Positions 1 through 12,384 of a DNA stretch of 48,341 nt are shown here, piece by piece. The stretch comes from Microthyrium microscopicum. Taxonomy: Eukaryota. The notes beneath the pieces are model-generated. The model made no database searches. It was not told the DNA's origin and saw only the letters and a program-made list of their open reading frames with translations. Position 1 is the first letter of the stretch, and every line of letters starts with the position of its first letter. A program made the position numbers and the translations under genes. The stretch is from NCBI GenBank assembly GCA_010405405.1, contig MU004245.1:71256-119596 (forward strand), in the 5' to 3' direction.

Positions 1-3000
1 CGGTCTTCTTCTTTGACGCCAATTCAAACACCAGTGGGAACTCCCACTCGCGATTCGTTTGGCGCTTCTGTTCGCAACTCTCTTCTCAATTCTTCTTCGC
101 CTTTTCCAAATTCTCTTTCGCGCGATACAGTTCCACGTTATTCGTCGCCAATTTTCGGTTCGGATACCGACCTATGTAGTGATGAGGTCCCGGACCAGTC
201 ATCATCGCCTTTTGTGTCCTCTCCCGAAGATCTTTCATGTTTTCTTTCAAGATCAACCTCTCTTTCTTCTCCGCGTCATCATCATTGGGGTGAGTATACA
301 ACCTTTAAAACAACAAACGATCTTACGGCCCTACTTTCTCCGGAAAATGACAACGACTTCGCTGGTCAAGGTAAGCCATCCGCCGAGGAACAGGCTCTAG
401 CGGACGAGGAGCGAGACGAACTTACTCCACTGCTCTCTGAACAAGAGGAATACTTTTCTAATGGCCTACAACATCGCCGATCTCTCTCACGATCGCCCAC
501 GGACAAGCCACTGCCACGTTTGCCATCGCCAACAAAGGAGGGATACGTAGGTATGGACCATACGGTAGCCAAGGAGAGGATCACCGAGAATGAAGTCTTT
601 GAACGCGACCAGGAAACTCCGACGAAAAAAAGCGCTGCTGGCACTAGCGAGGCCGCTTCACTAATTGCAGAAAACGACTCAGAGGACGATTCGGACTGGC
701 TCACGGAATCCGAAGATGGTGACAGTTTTGATTCCCTTCTCTTCAATGATGATGAAGCAAAAGTTTTTAAACGTTCCTTAACTTCTGCGTTATATTTTAC
801 GACTGGCTGGAATGCACAAAGCTTACAAGAAACAGAAGATATTGATTTTGATTTGGTTTATGCTCTGCATAGCTTCGTTGCTACTGTGGAGGGACAAGCC
901 AATGCCGCCAAAGGAGATACCATGGTATTATTAGACGATAGTAATAGCTATTGGTGGCTCGTCCGAGTTATGAAAGACAGTACCATTGGTAAGTCAAAAG
1001 CGCCCACAAGGAAGACAACTTCTAACAATCTTTAGGATACTTACCGGCGGAGCATATTGAAACCCCTACAGAACGATTAGCACGACTCAATAAACACAGA
1101 AATATCGACGTAAGATGATTTGAGCATTTCAAATCTTTATGCTAATCATATCAGGCCACAAAAATGCATTTTGAGGATTCATTAGAGAAACCTAGGAATC
1201 CCTTGAAACGGGCGATGCGAAGAAGAAATCAGAAACAGGTCGCCTTCGCAGAACCTACATACAGAGATGCACCCGTGTACGACTATACATCGGACGAAGA
1301 AGAAGAGGACGAGGAAGGCGAAATGCAAGCACAGACTAATGGTCAGACGAATGAAGCTCAAATGACTCAAGAGGAAGACTATGAAGACGAAGACGAAATA
1401 ACCGCTGTTGCCCCTCTGAATGTTCGCTCAACAGTCAAAGATCCACAACAGCCTGTCGAAGAATTGGCACAAGAAGTCGATCAAAATATGGGTCTGGCAG
1501 AAGAACAACAGTTTAATGAAGACGGGGAGCGAGGTAAAACACACTTTTCGGCACATTCGTTTCTGTTTACTGACGGTGAATTAGTGGGACCTTCACGATC
1601 AAGGAACGGAACTGTCAGAAATACAGACTCATTCTTCAAGGACGATACGGCTGAAACTAGAAAGATCACCATAACTCCTAAGCTATTACGCGATGAAAAT
1701 GGTTCCACCATGGAAGTTACCCGAGCAAGCAATAGTATGGATCGAGGAAGCAGCTTTGACTTTTCCGACAAGCCTGACAGAAAAGAAGACAAGAACACCA
1801 AAAAGAAAAAGGGCATGTTCAACATATTCAAGAGAAGTAAAAGCGATAAGAAATACAAGGAGGAGTCAGTCAATTCGACCAAGACGTCCTCGGAATTCTC
1901 TCGTGAATCTCCTGCGCCTACGTCTGGCACGGTTTCTCCAGCTGAAAAGATATCTCTTGACAATGGCGTCCAACGCAAGGGAAGCAAAGGAGGCAAACTA
2001 CAGAAGACACAACAGCCCAACGGTCCAACCAACGGTCAACAACGTCAAACAATGTCTCCTAACGGACTACGGCCACTTCAGCTTTCTGTTGATCATGGTA
2101 TCGAAGAAAAGCTTAGCAACGATTCCATGCGAGATGCTAATGGTGGTCAACGGTTGTCACCAGAAAAACAGATGAATGGATCTGCAACCGGCGCCCCATT
2201 TGCAAAACAATCGAACAATCCTTTCGCAGACACCAACGGTATTTCTCAGGTCTCAAGAGTAACTGAGATAGCACCAGATGCCCTCTCGGAATCGCCAGTT
2301 CACATCACCGCGGCAGATGCTCACCCAGATTCTGAACCACCTGCTCTTGTACGCGATAGCTCTTCGGATTCCGATGACGTTCGATCACTTCGAGATTCTC
2401 CTTCACCTCCCATGCAGAATGGTACGATCCAACATACCCAACATGCCCAACATGAAGGTACTGGACTTGGTTTGCAGCACTCGCCAATGTCATCTTCAAT
2501 GGGTGTATTCGGAGGAGTAGCTTTAGCCGGCGCTGCGTCGTTAGGTGGATTGGCAATTGCGTCTCGTGAACAACCGCCTCCACCTAGTCGAGAACCGCCA
2601 CCACAACCAAATGGTTTTGGCTCTATAAATACTACGCCTGGATCTATGCCAGATAGGCAAAATAGTACTTCAACGACAACTTCGGCTATACTGTCGTCGG
2701 CTCCGTCCACACCTGTGTGGTCTGATGCTAGTTTAAGGTAAAGATATCCTCGCAATGCCTGCAATACAATCGAACGTAAACTGACATTATCTAGACAATA
2801 CATGGACGAGTCTGGGTCCTCTGATATTCGCGACTTGCTAGTACTGACTCGGGATACTACCGGTGTCGTACCAGTAAGTGCCAACCATCCACTCATGGCA
2901 GGCTTATATTCCGAGGAACGAGGTCAAGTAAAGGAGATGGATGACACTCTCAATGAGTTACTCAGCACTTACATTGAACGGAAGGTGCGCAGCCGCAGTG

Positions 3001-3026
3001 CACAGAGTCAACGAAAGCGGCTTTAA
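1..3026 (+). CDS. tea4: SH3-domain cell-polarity / PP1-regulatory protein, Tea4/Bud14/TeaC family (5' end outside window)
   Basis: Frame is open from base 1. SH3 domain FDLVYALHSFVATVEGQANAAKGDTMVLLDDSNSYWWLVRVMKDSTIG-YLPAEHIETPTERLARLNKHRNID is joined across GT-AG introns 989-1035 and 1110-1154. RVxF-type PP1 motif KQVAF is present. Intron 2738-2794 joins WSDASLR-QYMD; stop at 3024-3026. A probable in-frame intron lies at 1534-1584. Confidence 0.9.
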
Positions 3027-3943
3027 TTAAAGATATCACCTTTCTTCCACAACCTCATTTTCCACCGACTCTCGCAATCCACATTTATGACCTCTCCGAT
3101 AAATATTCTATTATCCACGACTCTCCTTCTACCAACGTTTCAAATTCACCAGCGCTTGTTGGATTATTTCATCGCACCATGCATGCATCGGCGCCAATTA
3201 CTCGACCACATCAGCGTCCAGCAAAAACTTTCCTTTCTTCAAACTACTCATTGCCGCTGGAACTGTACTAGGTAATAACTATTATTATTTTCCTCGCTGT
3301 TCGACTACCTACCGCACGTGGAGGCGTTGTCTTTTTTTTCATACCAGCGTTAATGCCCCTTTGGCCTCGCACTTTTAGCCCCAGAGACTTATCAGATCTG
3401 GCATGCTTTGCGTTTGTTTATTCTGTATGAGCTACGAGATCAGGAAGATTGAGTGTTCTTTGGTATGGAACACTAGAGCTATGTGGTGCTTTGGCGCCCG
3501 TTGAGTTCCCGAGGGGGTGGAGGAAGGACTTTGTACGATGGGTGCGGTGTAGACACGAGTGTGGTGGTGAACATGGTGCCATTTGTTACGTGAATAAAAG
3601 CTGATAATGCTTGATATATGTCTTTGTATGTCGTGATTGTGATTGTGATGAGGATATAGTTGAACTTGGAGTTCGTCTAGTATTTGAGAATGCTTGCGAA
3701 GAAGATGGCATTTCATAATCATCATGGAGGCAATAGCTCTCGTATCATGGATGCTCTATTCAATAGGCCCACCGCAATATCAGCAGAGCGCGCGTAGTTA
3801 CATGCTGCGACGCAAGATCCTCAGACAGAAGCATAGCAGACCGCATCGCATCAGAACCACCTTCAGCACCATAACCCAAAAAATACATCCATTCATTAAC
3901 GTCCCTCCCTCCCTGCTCCCAATCAATCCGAGTCCGGAACTTC

Positions 3944-4414
3944 CTAATCATCCGTATCATTGACCCGCACATCACAAACCTCCCTAATCTCCCTCGTAAC
4001 AACCCTCAACGTCTCCCTTATCGCCACCTCCGGCACCCCCAACCCCTTCTCCCCCTCCAACATCCCTCCTCCCAATCCACCACCAACTAGTTTCCCTCCC
4101 CCTCCTTCACTCGTCGCCGCCGTCACCGCCGCCAACACCTTCTTCATAACGTCCTGAAAACTTGCACTTTCCCCACTCCGTAGCTGTGTGACTACATATG
4201 TGCGCAGCGCGGCGCTGAAGCCAGAGGTGGCGAGTTCGTGGCGGAGAGAGGCTTCGATGCGCTCGATGCCGTTGGAGGATACGAGGGCGGTTGTTAGGGC
4301 GGTGGTGGTTGTTGTTGATAGTGGGCGTGGGCCGGTTGTGTGGGTTGTGGAGGCGGGTGGGAGGGTTAGGGGGAGGGAGGATGTGTGGACTGGTAGTTTT
4401 GGGGAGGGTGGCAT
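3944..4414 (-). CDS. sus1: Sus1/ENY2-like transcription and mRNA export factor (SAGA DUB / TREX-2 subunit)
   Basis: 156-aa single-exon ORF. ALVSSNGIERIEASLRHELATSGF...SFQDVMKKV...VPEVAIRETLRVVTREIREVCDV follows the ENY2 helical pattern from recall, with a Gly-rich insert. Confidence 0.6.
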   Translation of the reverse strand: MPPSPKLPVHTSSLPLTLPPASTTHTTGPRPLSTTTTTALTTALVSSNGIERIEASLRHELATSGFSAALRTYVVTQLRSGESASFQDVMKKVLAAVTAATSEGGGGKLVGGGLGGGMLEGEKGLGVPEVAIRETLRVVTREIREVCDVRVNDTDD

Positions 4415-5981
4415 TTTGGGTTGTTGGAGAGGATGGGGTTGGTGGGAGGTTTGTGGGTTTATGGGTTGGAAAGGTGATCTGGAGGTTGATCTGGTTTGAT
4501 GTTTGATCTGGTTGAGTTTGATGGGTTTGAGATCTTGAGGAGTGTTGCGTCTTGCTGGTTGGGAGTTGTGAGATTCAGACCGGCTGAAGATGTAAGATTT
4601 GTTGGATATGGGGTGTTGAAGTTTGGGAGAGGAAATTATATGGTGTAATATGGGTGGTTATGGTGAGGTTTTTGGTACTGTTTTATTGTTCTCAATAGAT
4701 CAATGGGACCGGATGGACAATAGCAGCCAACATTTGAGTAGTAGTTGAGTGCTACTAATGATTGGTTGACTCGAACAGGGGTACGTCTTCTCAGTTCTAT
4801 CCTTGATATTGAGGTTCCATTCAACAAGGCTTTAAGGCATAAAAGTTTAGTCCTCAGGCTGCTACTATTGTACTTATCGAAAAAGATTGTATGAAAGATC
4901 AATTAATAAGCGCCCAATGCAGAGGCACATGCATCAGAATCTGGAGAGCAGGATTCAGGCTGAGTCCATGAATAGACACTCAACACACTATTCATGTACT
5001 ATTCATGCCAGAGCAGATTGCGCTACCACTAGTTGCTGGTCAACGAATTCTCCGCAAACTACGGAGTATCACCGCTTCTTTCTAGAGCGGCGAGACCTTC
5101 TTTTCCAGTTCTTCTCAAGCTCTCCCTTTGCCATTCTACGCCTCCAACTGGTCCGTCTACGAGGCCTCATCGGTCACCATCTCTTCTCCTCTCTGCGCTT
5201 TTCGGCCACTCATGCGAGCCAGCGATCAGCTCCCTTCCCTACAGGCTGGCTGCTTGATCTGAGCGACGGCTTCTCTATTGCCAATTTCCTCTTCAACCTC
5301 GCATCTTGAGCTTTCTACTCATCTCACACCATTACCAGCATTCCGTCCATTCTCCTCCTTCATCCACACTCATACGGACTCGCTCCAACAACCCATTTTC
5401 TTTTGATACTTCTGATAATATCAATGAGAACATTATCTCCACTATTCTGGAATCAATCTGCAGGTACTGCAAATATCTGATCTTGCCCTTGTCCGGCCGT
5501 CCTGGAGCCTGAGTCGTTGTACCTGCCCGCCTCCTTGGGTCAACTCATAGGTACCCTCCTTGATGATCTCCCATCTTGGTCTCCTGAAAACTCTCCGCCT
5601 ATCTTCCTCTAACCTCTCCAACCAATAAAAGGTATTTACATCCAAACAATTTCTACCACCTTTGTTGTGCTGGTAATACCTCTCCGTGTTTCCCGCTGGG
5701 CGAGACATCAGGCTAACCATCATTGGAGGCAAGTCTAGGCGCGCGGATGTAATTACAGCAGCCAGCCAGCCAACTTCGTCGAGTACTCTTCTCCAAATCG
5801 ACGTATGCCATCCTTCTCTTTCCACTTACTTCGCTGCAAATATTCAAAGCTACAAACGCTCCCTCAAGCCTTTCCCCAATCATTACAACGCCTGGTATCA
5901 ACGCCCACCCTCCTCCAAGGAAGCCCCACTCCGTAACCGCCCACGATTCAGCTCCGACCCTGATCTCCTTTATTGCCGCAC

Positions 5982-7479
5982 ATGTCGTCGTTCAAGGCCG
6001 CCTATCGAGACGAAGAAGCAGACGACGACGACTACGGGAGCGAAATAATGTCGCCTACTCTACCTCCCGATTTCCAGTCTTCGCCGACTGATTCAGACGG
6101 CATGTCGACTGAACAAACACCCACATACTCCCAGTCAGGTCATGATGGGATAAGTCCAAGGGGAAAGATAATAGATTGGTCGGCAGACCAATGTGCAGAC
6201 TATATTGCGGATCTGGGTTTAGATCAATATGCAGACAGCTTTGTTGGTCAGTAGTCTCGAGTTCTTTGCTAGAGCTCGTCTCGCTGCACTACGAAAGATA
6301 GCTAACCATTCATAGATGAGATGATCACAGGCGATGCATTGGTCGCTTTAGTACATGGCGACTTGAAGGAGATGGGAATCAACAGTATAGGTCATCGATT
6401 ACTGATTCTCAAATCCGTCTATAATATAAAAATGAAGCAAAACATACCTGTGGAGCCCGAGCACTTCACTCCTCTATGTATGTATTTTGCTCTACCAGCA
6501 ACAACCATGACTAACCATTACAGCGGCCGAATCACAAAACACAGAAACGCCAGTCACACACGATGACATCGCCCGCATCATTCACATCATTAAGGATCGA
6601 GACGCCGAAATAAAATCCCTCCGAGACGACCTCGTACGGATATCCGAAGAAAACCGCAAGCTTCGTGAAGAGTTCCTCCCACTTATAAAGGCTGAGAAGA
6701 ACCGCAATCAGCCTCTCCCAACGCCCGAAGACGGGCCAGATCCCAAGTCTGGTGGCCTCTCTCGCAAATTCTCCAATAAACGCATCTTCCTCCGCGAAAC
6801 CCCCGGTGCCAAAAACCCCAGCCCAACCATTCAAGAAGGCCGCGCTCTCGCCGACGGCTCTTCGCTCGACCCCTCCGCTGCCGCCCTGGCAGCCTCCTCC
6901 CATCTCACCGCGTCCATGCGCGACGGCATCAGTAGTCCTGGCCACCCGCCTGAACGCTCACCCACCTCCCCAGCCTATCGCGATCTCACAGCACCCAACT
7001 CAGGCGGACCCATGTCGCGCCCCTTCCCACGCACCAACGACTCAGACTACGGCCAAATGGCGCTGCCCACACCCTCACTCTCCACCATCTCCACACCACC
7101 GACATCCGTTCCGCCCATGCCATCCAGCGCATCGACACCCTCAGGCAGCACACCGCAGGTTGAGATCTTCAAGAGCTTCCGGGTCAGCATCGATGATCCG
7201 TGCCACAAGGTGCTCCCTGTTGCCCTCAAGAAATACAACATTGCAGCCGACTGGCGCCAGTATGCGCTGTATATTGTACATGGCGACCAGGAGCGGTGTC
7301 TGGGGTTGAATGAGAAGCCGCTTATCCTGTTTAAGCAGCTGGATAAGGAGGGCCGCAAGCCAATGTTTATGCTGCGCAAACATGCGGCGCCAGCGGAGGG
7401 CACCGTTAGTGTCGGTGGAGGGCCCCCGCAGAGCGTGGCAGGCTTACCGAGTAGTAGCTTGCCGGGTGGTATTCTATGA
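5982..7479 (+). CDS. ste50: MAPK adaptor Ste50 (SAM + coiled coil + Ras-association domain)
   Basis: Exons 5982-6246, 6316-6477 and 6524-7479 join in frame through GT-AG introns. SAM domain WSADQCADYIADLGLDQYADSFVDEMITGDALVAL...GHRLLILK. RA domain EIFKSFRVSIDDPCHKVLPVALKKYNI...KPLILFKQLDKEGRKPMFMLRK. Confidence 0.93.
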
Positions 7480-8187
7480 ATACCGAAGAAGGGAAGATCG
7501 TATAGAGTCGGGGCGTCTGGCTGAGTGCGTATATTTTGTGTTTTTGAGAGTTCTAGCGTGCATCGCCGCTGTCATGATGGCGAAATATTTTATGGTTGTG
7601 GGTATCTTATATCATATGGGAAAGCACGTTTTGGTTGCTGTAGATTATGGCGAATATCTTCTTTGTCTGGTTCGAGTTCTTGTAGCTATGGAGAGCGCTT
7701 TGGTATAGGAGCGTTGGTGGTATCAAACTTGGGACATTTATGGAATGGCGCCATCTTAGATGTTGTTTTCGTCTTGCTCAGCAAGGGATATCTCAATATA
7801 CCTTGCTTGACCCTTTCAGAAATTTCATGGTCTAGTGACTAACTCTAAAATGTTCCTTGACCTTTGAATTCTTTGCAGAAACGTAATATATCACGGATTC
7901 CATCTTGATATCAAGCTGGGAATTGCGCTTAATCAGAACCCAGTGAGCTCCCTCGCCTTTGTGATTGGACACACGGTCGCTTAGATGGCCAACCTCACTC
8001 CCATTTGCGCGGCTATACCATCAATATCTCGTATTCCTCGACGCTTTAAGGCAGCAACAATTGTGCTCCCATCCATCAATACATTTAGGAACCTATTCAT
8101 TGTCTTCTTCAATCTAATATCTTTCTTCTCAGTCGATCTTATGTGCGAAGTCTAGACAACAATCGCTTACTTCGTGCCCGTTCATCA

Positions 8188-10145
8188 ATGGACGATGAAG
8201 AACCCCTGTCTGTAATTGGGGGTGAATCCCACGACGATCTATTCGATACAGGGCTGGGTATATCTGCTGGCCTCTCTGATTATGGATTCCCGGATAACAA
8301 CGAGTCTGATGTCTTTGGAGACAGTCCCAATGTACAGGATATCAGAGGCTTCGTGATCAGGACCAACATGGAAACCTCCTTGGCTTCGCCGGCAGCTAGT
8401 CAGTACAAGTCTTCGACGGGCGTAGTGAAAAGGAGACCAATTCCTCGAAAAGGTGAGATTCAACCTCCTTGAATCACGTTCTTTGACGACTTTCCAAATC
8501 CCAAGATCAGTGGTGGCTGCCAACGCAAGTGATTGCTTCTATGATCAAATGCTATGACTTCCAGGTCTAATCGCATCTTAATCGCATCTTATACTAACAG
8601 ACAGTAGGTCATACGAAGTCTCGCCGTGGCTGCTTCAATTGCAAGGCTCGAAAGATCAAATGGTAAGTTCTTGTATGAGGACATCTTGTGTTGATACCAT
8701 ATCATATTGTGGCTCTCATAACACTCTATGCATACTCTAATGGTTCAAGACAGATCTGCTTTGATGTCAATCTTCGTAGTCTCATGCTAACGGGTACTAT
8801 CTCAGTCAAGAGACTAGACCATGTTGTTCACATTGTGTCAAAGCCGGTCTTCAATGCCAGTATCCAAATCCAAGGCCTCCTATACAAATGATATCTTCAC
8901 CTGAATCGTCAGTCTCATCGATAGGGAAGAACCTTCAATCGACTCCGACTACGTTCACCGTCAAAGATATGCAGTTCTTTCATCATTTTCTCACCCGAGG
9001 ATACCCTCATTTACCTCTAGGGGCAGATAATCTATGGACTAAAGAAATCCCAAAACTGGCTCATGAAGTACGTCCCTCATCTAGTTTGGCCGCATGAGCT
9101 GACTTGACTAGTACGACTACTTGCTACACGCCATGCTCGCACTTGGAGCTTCAAATATGGCTCTGGGATCAGACACTCCATCGGATTTGATTGAGTCCGG
9201 ATTATCGCATCGTGTGGAAGCTGTGAAGCGACTCAATAAAGCTATTGCAACTCGCCCGAAAGATAAATTTGAGGCAGACGTGAGATTTGCTACACTCATG
9301 GCTCTTACTTTTCAATCTTCATGCATGGTTGATGGACTAAGCGATTTTCTCACAATGCTACGCGGTTGCGTCCTTTCTGGGGCAGAAGCCTATCGACAGG
9401 ACTCCTTTTTCATAAATTTCCTTCATCAAGCACACTTGGCTGTCATGGACGAGCGATTTAGCCAGACACAACTAGACTCATTGGACCGAAAGCCATTAGA
9501 GCAGGCTGCAGAATCACTGGAAGCTTTAGCACCCCTTTGCACGGATAGTATTGATATCAAGTTCCATGCTGTACTTGTCGAGCTCATCAAGCAGGCATAC
9601 TTCTCTCCAAGAAACTGTGGGTCACCCATGCGCGCTCTCTTCGATTGTTTCGTTGTCATTAATATTCATTAGCATACTACCTCTTCACTTGCCTATACAA
9701 CATTTTTGGCACCCAGTCCGCCGAAGATTTCCAACACCTCATTGACCCGTCGAATCATATCAGTCAAATCCTGGTGTCTCACTTTCTAGCCGTCCATTGG
9801 ATCATGCGACCTATAACGCGACTCGAAAGTCCTCTTCGGGATGCATCTCCATTGTATTCTGTTATGCAATCCTGGGTGCTTACAATACATGCAAATCTGG
9901 ACAAACGTTTCCGAGCTCTGAATGCTTGGCCTCTTGCCTTCATAGACTCAGCTTCGTCACCGTTCACTGACATCAAACGTCAAATTAAGATTGAGACAAT
10001 AGACGATGTCGAACAAATAATATCAAAGACAACTTTCCAAGATGTACAACCCGTATTTTCCCATACCAGGTATGTGCAATGGGCACTGACAGCAGCTAAC
10101 GGGCAACCTCAACCTCCAACTACAGAAACATGTTTCCATTGCTGA
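8188..10145 (+). CDS. Zn(II)2Cys6 transcription factor with fungal-specific TF C-terminal region
   Basis: Exons 8188-8452, 8608-8662, 8806-9067, 9112-9616 and 9673-10145. The spliced zinc cluster reads RKGHTKSRRGCFNCKARKIKCQETRPCCSHCVKAGLQCQYP, followed by FFHHFL...YPHLPLG...YLLHAMLALGAS. The C-terminus is uncertain because an intron at 10070-10125 is possible. Confidence 0.88.
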
Positions 10146-10261
10146 GGAGAGCACTGAGCACCACAATCACATATCAATTAGGAAACTGTGTTCATCAAAC
10201 GCAATCATTATTAACAACTATGGACATTCCCCACCAAAAGTGTGCTTCAACCGTCAAGCAA

Positions 10262-10392
10262 CGTGCGTCAACTCCGAAGAGTGATCTCGATACAAGGTAG
10301 GAGCATCAACTCCGAAGAGTGATCTCACCACAATGGCAAAAGCACAATGCCCACCCAAGCAGGAGCGTCGACCCCGAAGGGTGATCTCACCG
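10262..10392 (-). repeat. Three ~30-nt imperfect repeats, each a C(UUCG)G-capped hairpin on the minus strand
   Basis: Minus-strand cores are ACCC-TTCG-GGGT (10371-10382), ACTC-TTCG-GAGT (10309-10320) and ACTC-TTCG-GAGT (10271-10282). Each is preceded by GAGATC and followed by YGAYGC. Confidence 0.8.
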
Positions 10393-10469
10393 CGAGGGAG
10401 CGCATTGCACCCCAGTGGATTAGTACAGTAATATACAAAAGAATGTGGGCAGTCCCGTTCCATCACCAA

Positions 10470-11983
10470 TTACCAACCCAGGCCAAAGGACCTGCCAATT
10501 CTGCCGGCCGCAACCGGGCTTCCATCCTCCGTGCCTTCCATGATCTCCGTCTCGATCTCCGCCTCCTCGATTGGTTCAAGAGGCGTGCTACGCCTCAACC
10601 GCTCGATTTGGCGGTCGCGCTCGTCTAGCGCGAGCTGGTCGTCGATGTCCGACATGTGGACATCTTCGATTTCCTCTTCGGGCTCAATGGTGGCGACGAT
10701 TTTGGTGGTGTGATGGGCCCCATCAGATGCGATGGGAGACATCGGCGCGGCTGGGAGAGGCGTGGTATTTCCGGTCGGTTCATCATTTTCGACTTCGGGC
10801 GCCACGTTCACGAATGGTGATGAAGTGCGCTGGCTGCCATCAGATGCGATGGGCGACACCAGCTCAGCTGGGAGAGTTGAGATATGCTCGTCCACTTCGT
10901 CAATGTCGTTTCCCGGAGCATTTTTGGGCGAAACCGTCGAATTGCGTTCGTTTCCATCAGATTCGATGGGAGCCACCGACTCTGATGGGAGAATTGTGGT
11001 GCTTTGGTTGGTATCGGATTCGGTGGTGGATAGATGTTCGGAGTGGCCAGCAAGGCCCAAGATGGCGTCCCACTGTTTCGCGGTAACGCTGCTAACGCTG
11101 AGGCGAGATTGGCGGAGCAATTGCATGCCTTCGAGAGCACCACTTGTATGCTTTTTCAGCTCGCGAAGGGTGGTGAGTTCTGGTTTGTCGAATTTCTGAA
11201 CGAATCCGACGCTGACGCAATGCCATCTTGGGTTTTCGTGGGTGGAGAGGCGGTCGTAGTATGGGCCGGTCTTGTCGAAGGCTGAAGGATCTGGAGTGGC
11301 TTCTTGAACGACTTCCAAGATGCCAACGACGCCGGGAGTTTTGGTGTTGGAGTGGTAGAACAAGCCTTTGTCGCCGACTTTCATGGCTTTCATGCTGTTT
11401 TTGGGTCCATGGGCGCGAACGCCGGTCCATGGCTCGGGCTCAGTGCAGCGCATCAGATCGTCAATGGAGAAACTGACGTCCGTGCCTTTTTCGAGGCGTG
11501 TGTCTGGTTCGGACTTGAAGAGCCAGTAGTTTTTGGTGTTTGGAGGAGCTGGGCTCTCCGTGCGAGCACGCTTGGCAGGTGGCTCGTCGTCCATTTCGCT
11601 GGAAGGGCGCTTTTTGGAGGGATTGGAGGGAGGGGAGGGTCGAGAGCGCTTGGCCGGTGGTTCCTCATCTGCATCTGCAGGGCGACCGCGCTTTTTTGGA
11701 GCGGGTTTTGGTGCCTTTTCGGCGGATTTCGCAACTTTCGTGACTTTTTTCGCGGGCCGGCCACGCTTTTTTGGTGGATCAGCGGTTTTTTTGGCCTAGC
11801 AGCAATTAGTATGAAATTCCCAGCGAATACGATGGGAGCCATCAAGGGCAATGGGAGGATGAAGGAGATGGGCATGCTGTGATGTTTGGGACTTACAGGT
11901 TTGGAAGGCTTGCCGCGCCTTTTGGGAGGGTCCGCTGGTTTTGCGCTTGCCGCACGCGACGCAGAACGGGTCGTTACAGCCAT
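10470..11983 (-). CDS. AT-hook + EVE (PUA-like) domain protein, Thy28/THYN1-like
   Basis: ATG at 11983, intron 11796-11896 (GTAAGT...TACTAAT...TAG), exon 2 in frame with ORF 10470-11594. AT-hook-like motifs KRRGKP and KKRGRP (twice). EVE domain YWLFKSEPD...FSIDDL...PWTGVR...MKVGDKGLFYHSNTKTPGVVGILEVV...QSRLSVSSV. Confidence 0.88.
10720..10990 (-). repeat. Coding tandem repeat, 117-bp (39-aa) period, in the acidic tail of the EVE protein
   Basis: CCATCAGATKCGATGGG occurs at 10720, 10837 and 10954. The corresponding peptides are LPSESVAPIESDG, LPAELVSPIASDG and LPAAPMSPIASDG. Confidence 0.85.
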
Positions 11984-12260
11984 TTCGATGGCCTGATTGG
12001 AAGTGTGTTGTGTGGATTGAGAAATTTGTGATGTGTGGATTGAGAAGTTGTGATGCGCAAATGGGTAATCGAAGTTGCGAGATTGGAGAGAAGAAAGTTG
12101 CTTTGAAGGAGGGGAGCTCTCAAGAAGTACACACGATACAGCAGTTTGATGATGCCAGGTTGCTGGGGTACGTGCAGGGGTACGTGCAGCGGGTACGCGC
12201 ACGGACTTTTGCGGCCTCTTTGATGTCGACTTCTCAGCAGTCTGATTGGCTGGTACAGTG

Positions 12261-12384
12261 ATCACTGCAGTGAGTTCTTAGCTACCCCATTGGCTAGTAA
12301 TTACTGCTGCCGCGCTAAACCTATCACTGCAGCGAGTTCTTAGCTATCTTATTGGCCAATAGTTCTTACTATTGCGCTAAGCCT
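12261..12384. repeat. 62-bp tandem duplication upstream of the EVE gene
   Basis: ATCACTGCAGYGAGTTCTTAGCTA...GCGCTAARCCT starts at 12261 and 12323. A nearby ~12-bp triplication GGGTACGYGCA lies at ~12166-12201. Confidence 0.85.

Noticed and set aside
8453..8805. Stwintron (nested intron) in the two longer introns of the Zn2Cys6 gene
   Set aside because: Removing candidate internal introns does not regenerate a canonical donor or acceptor.
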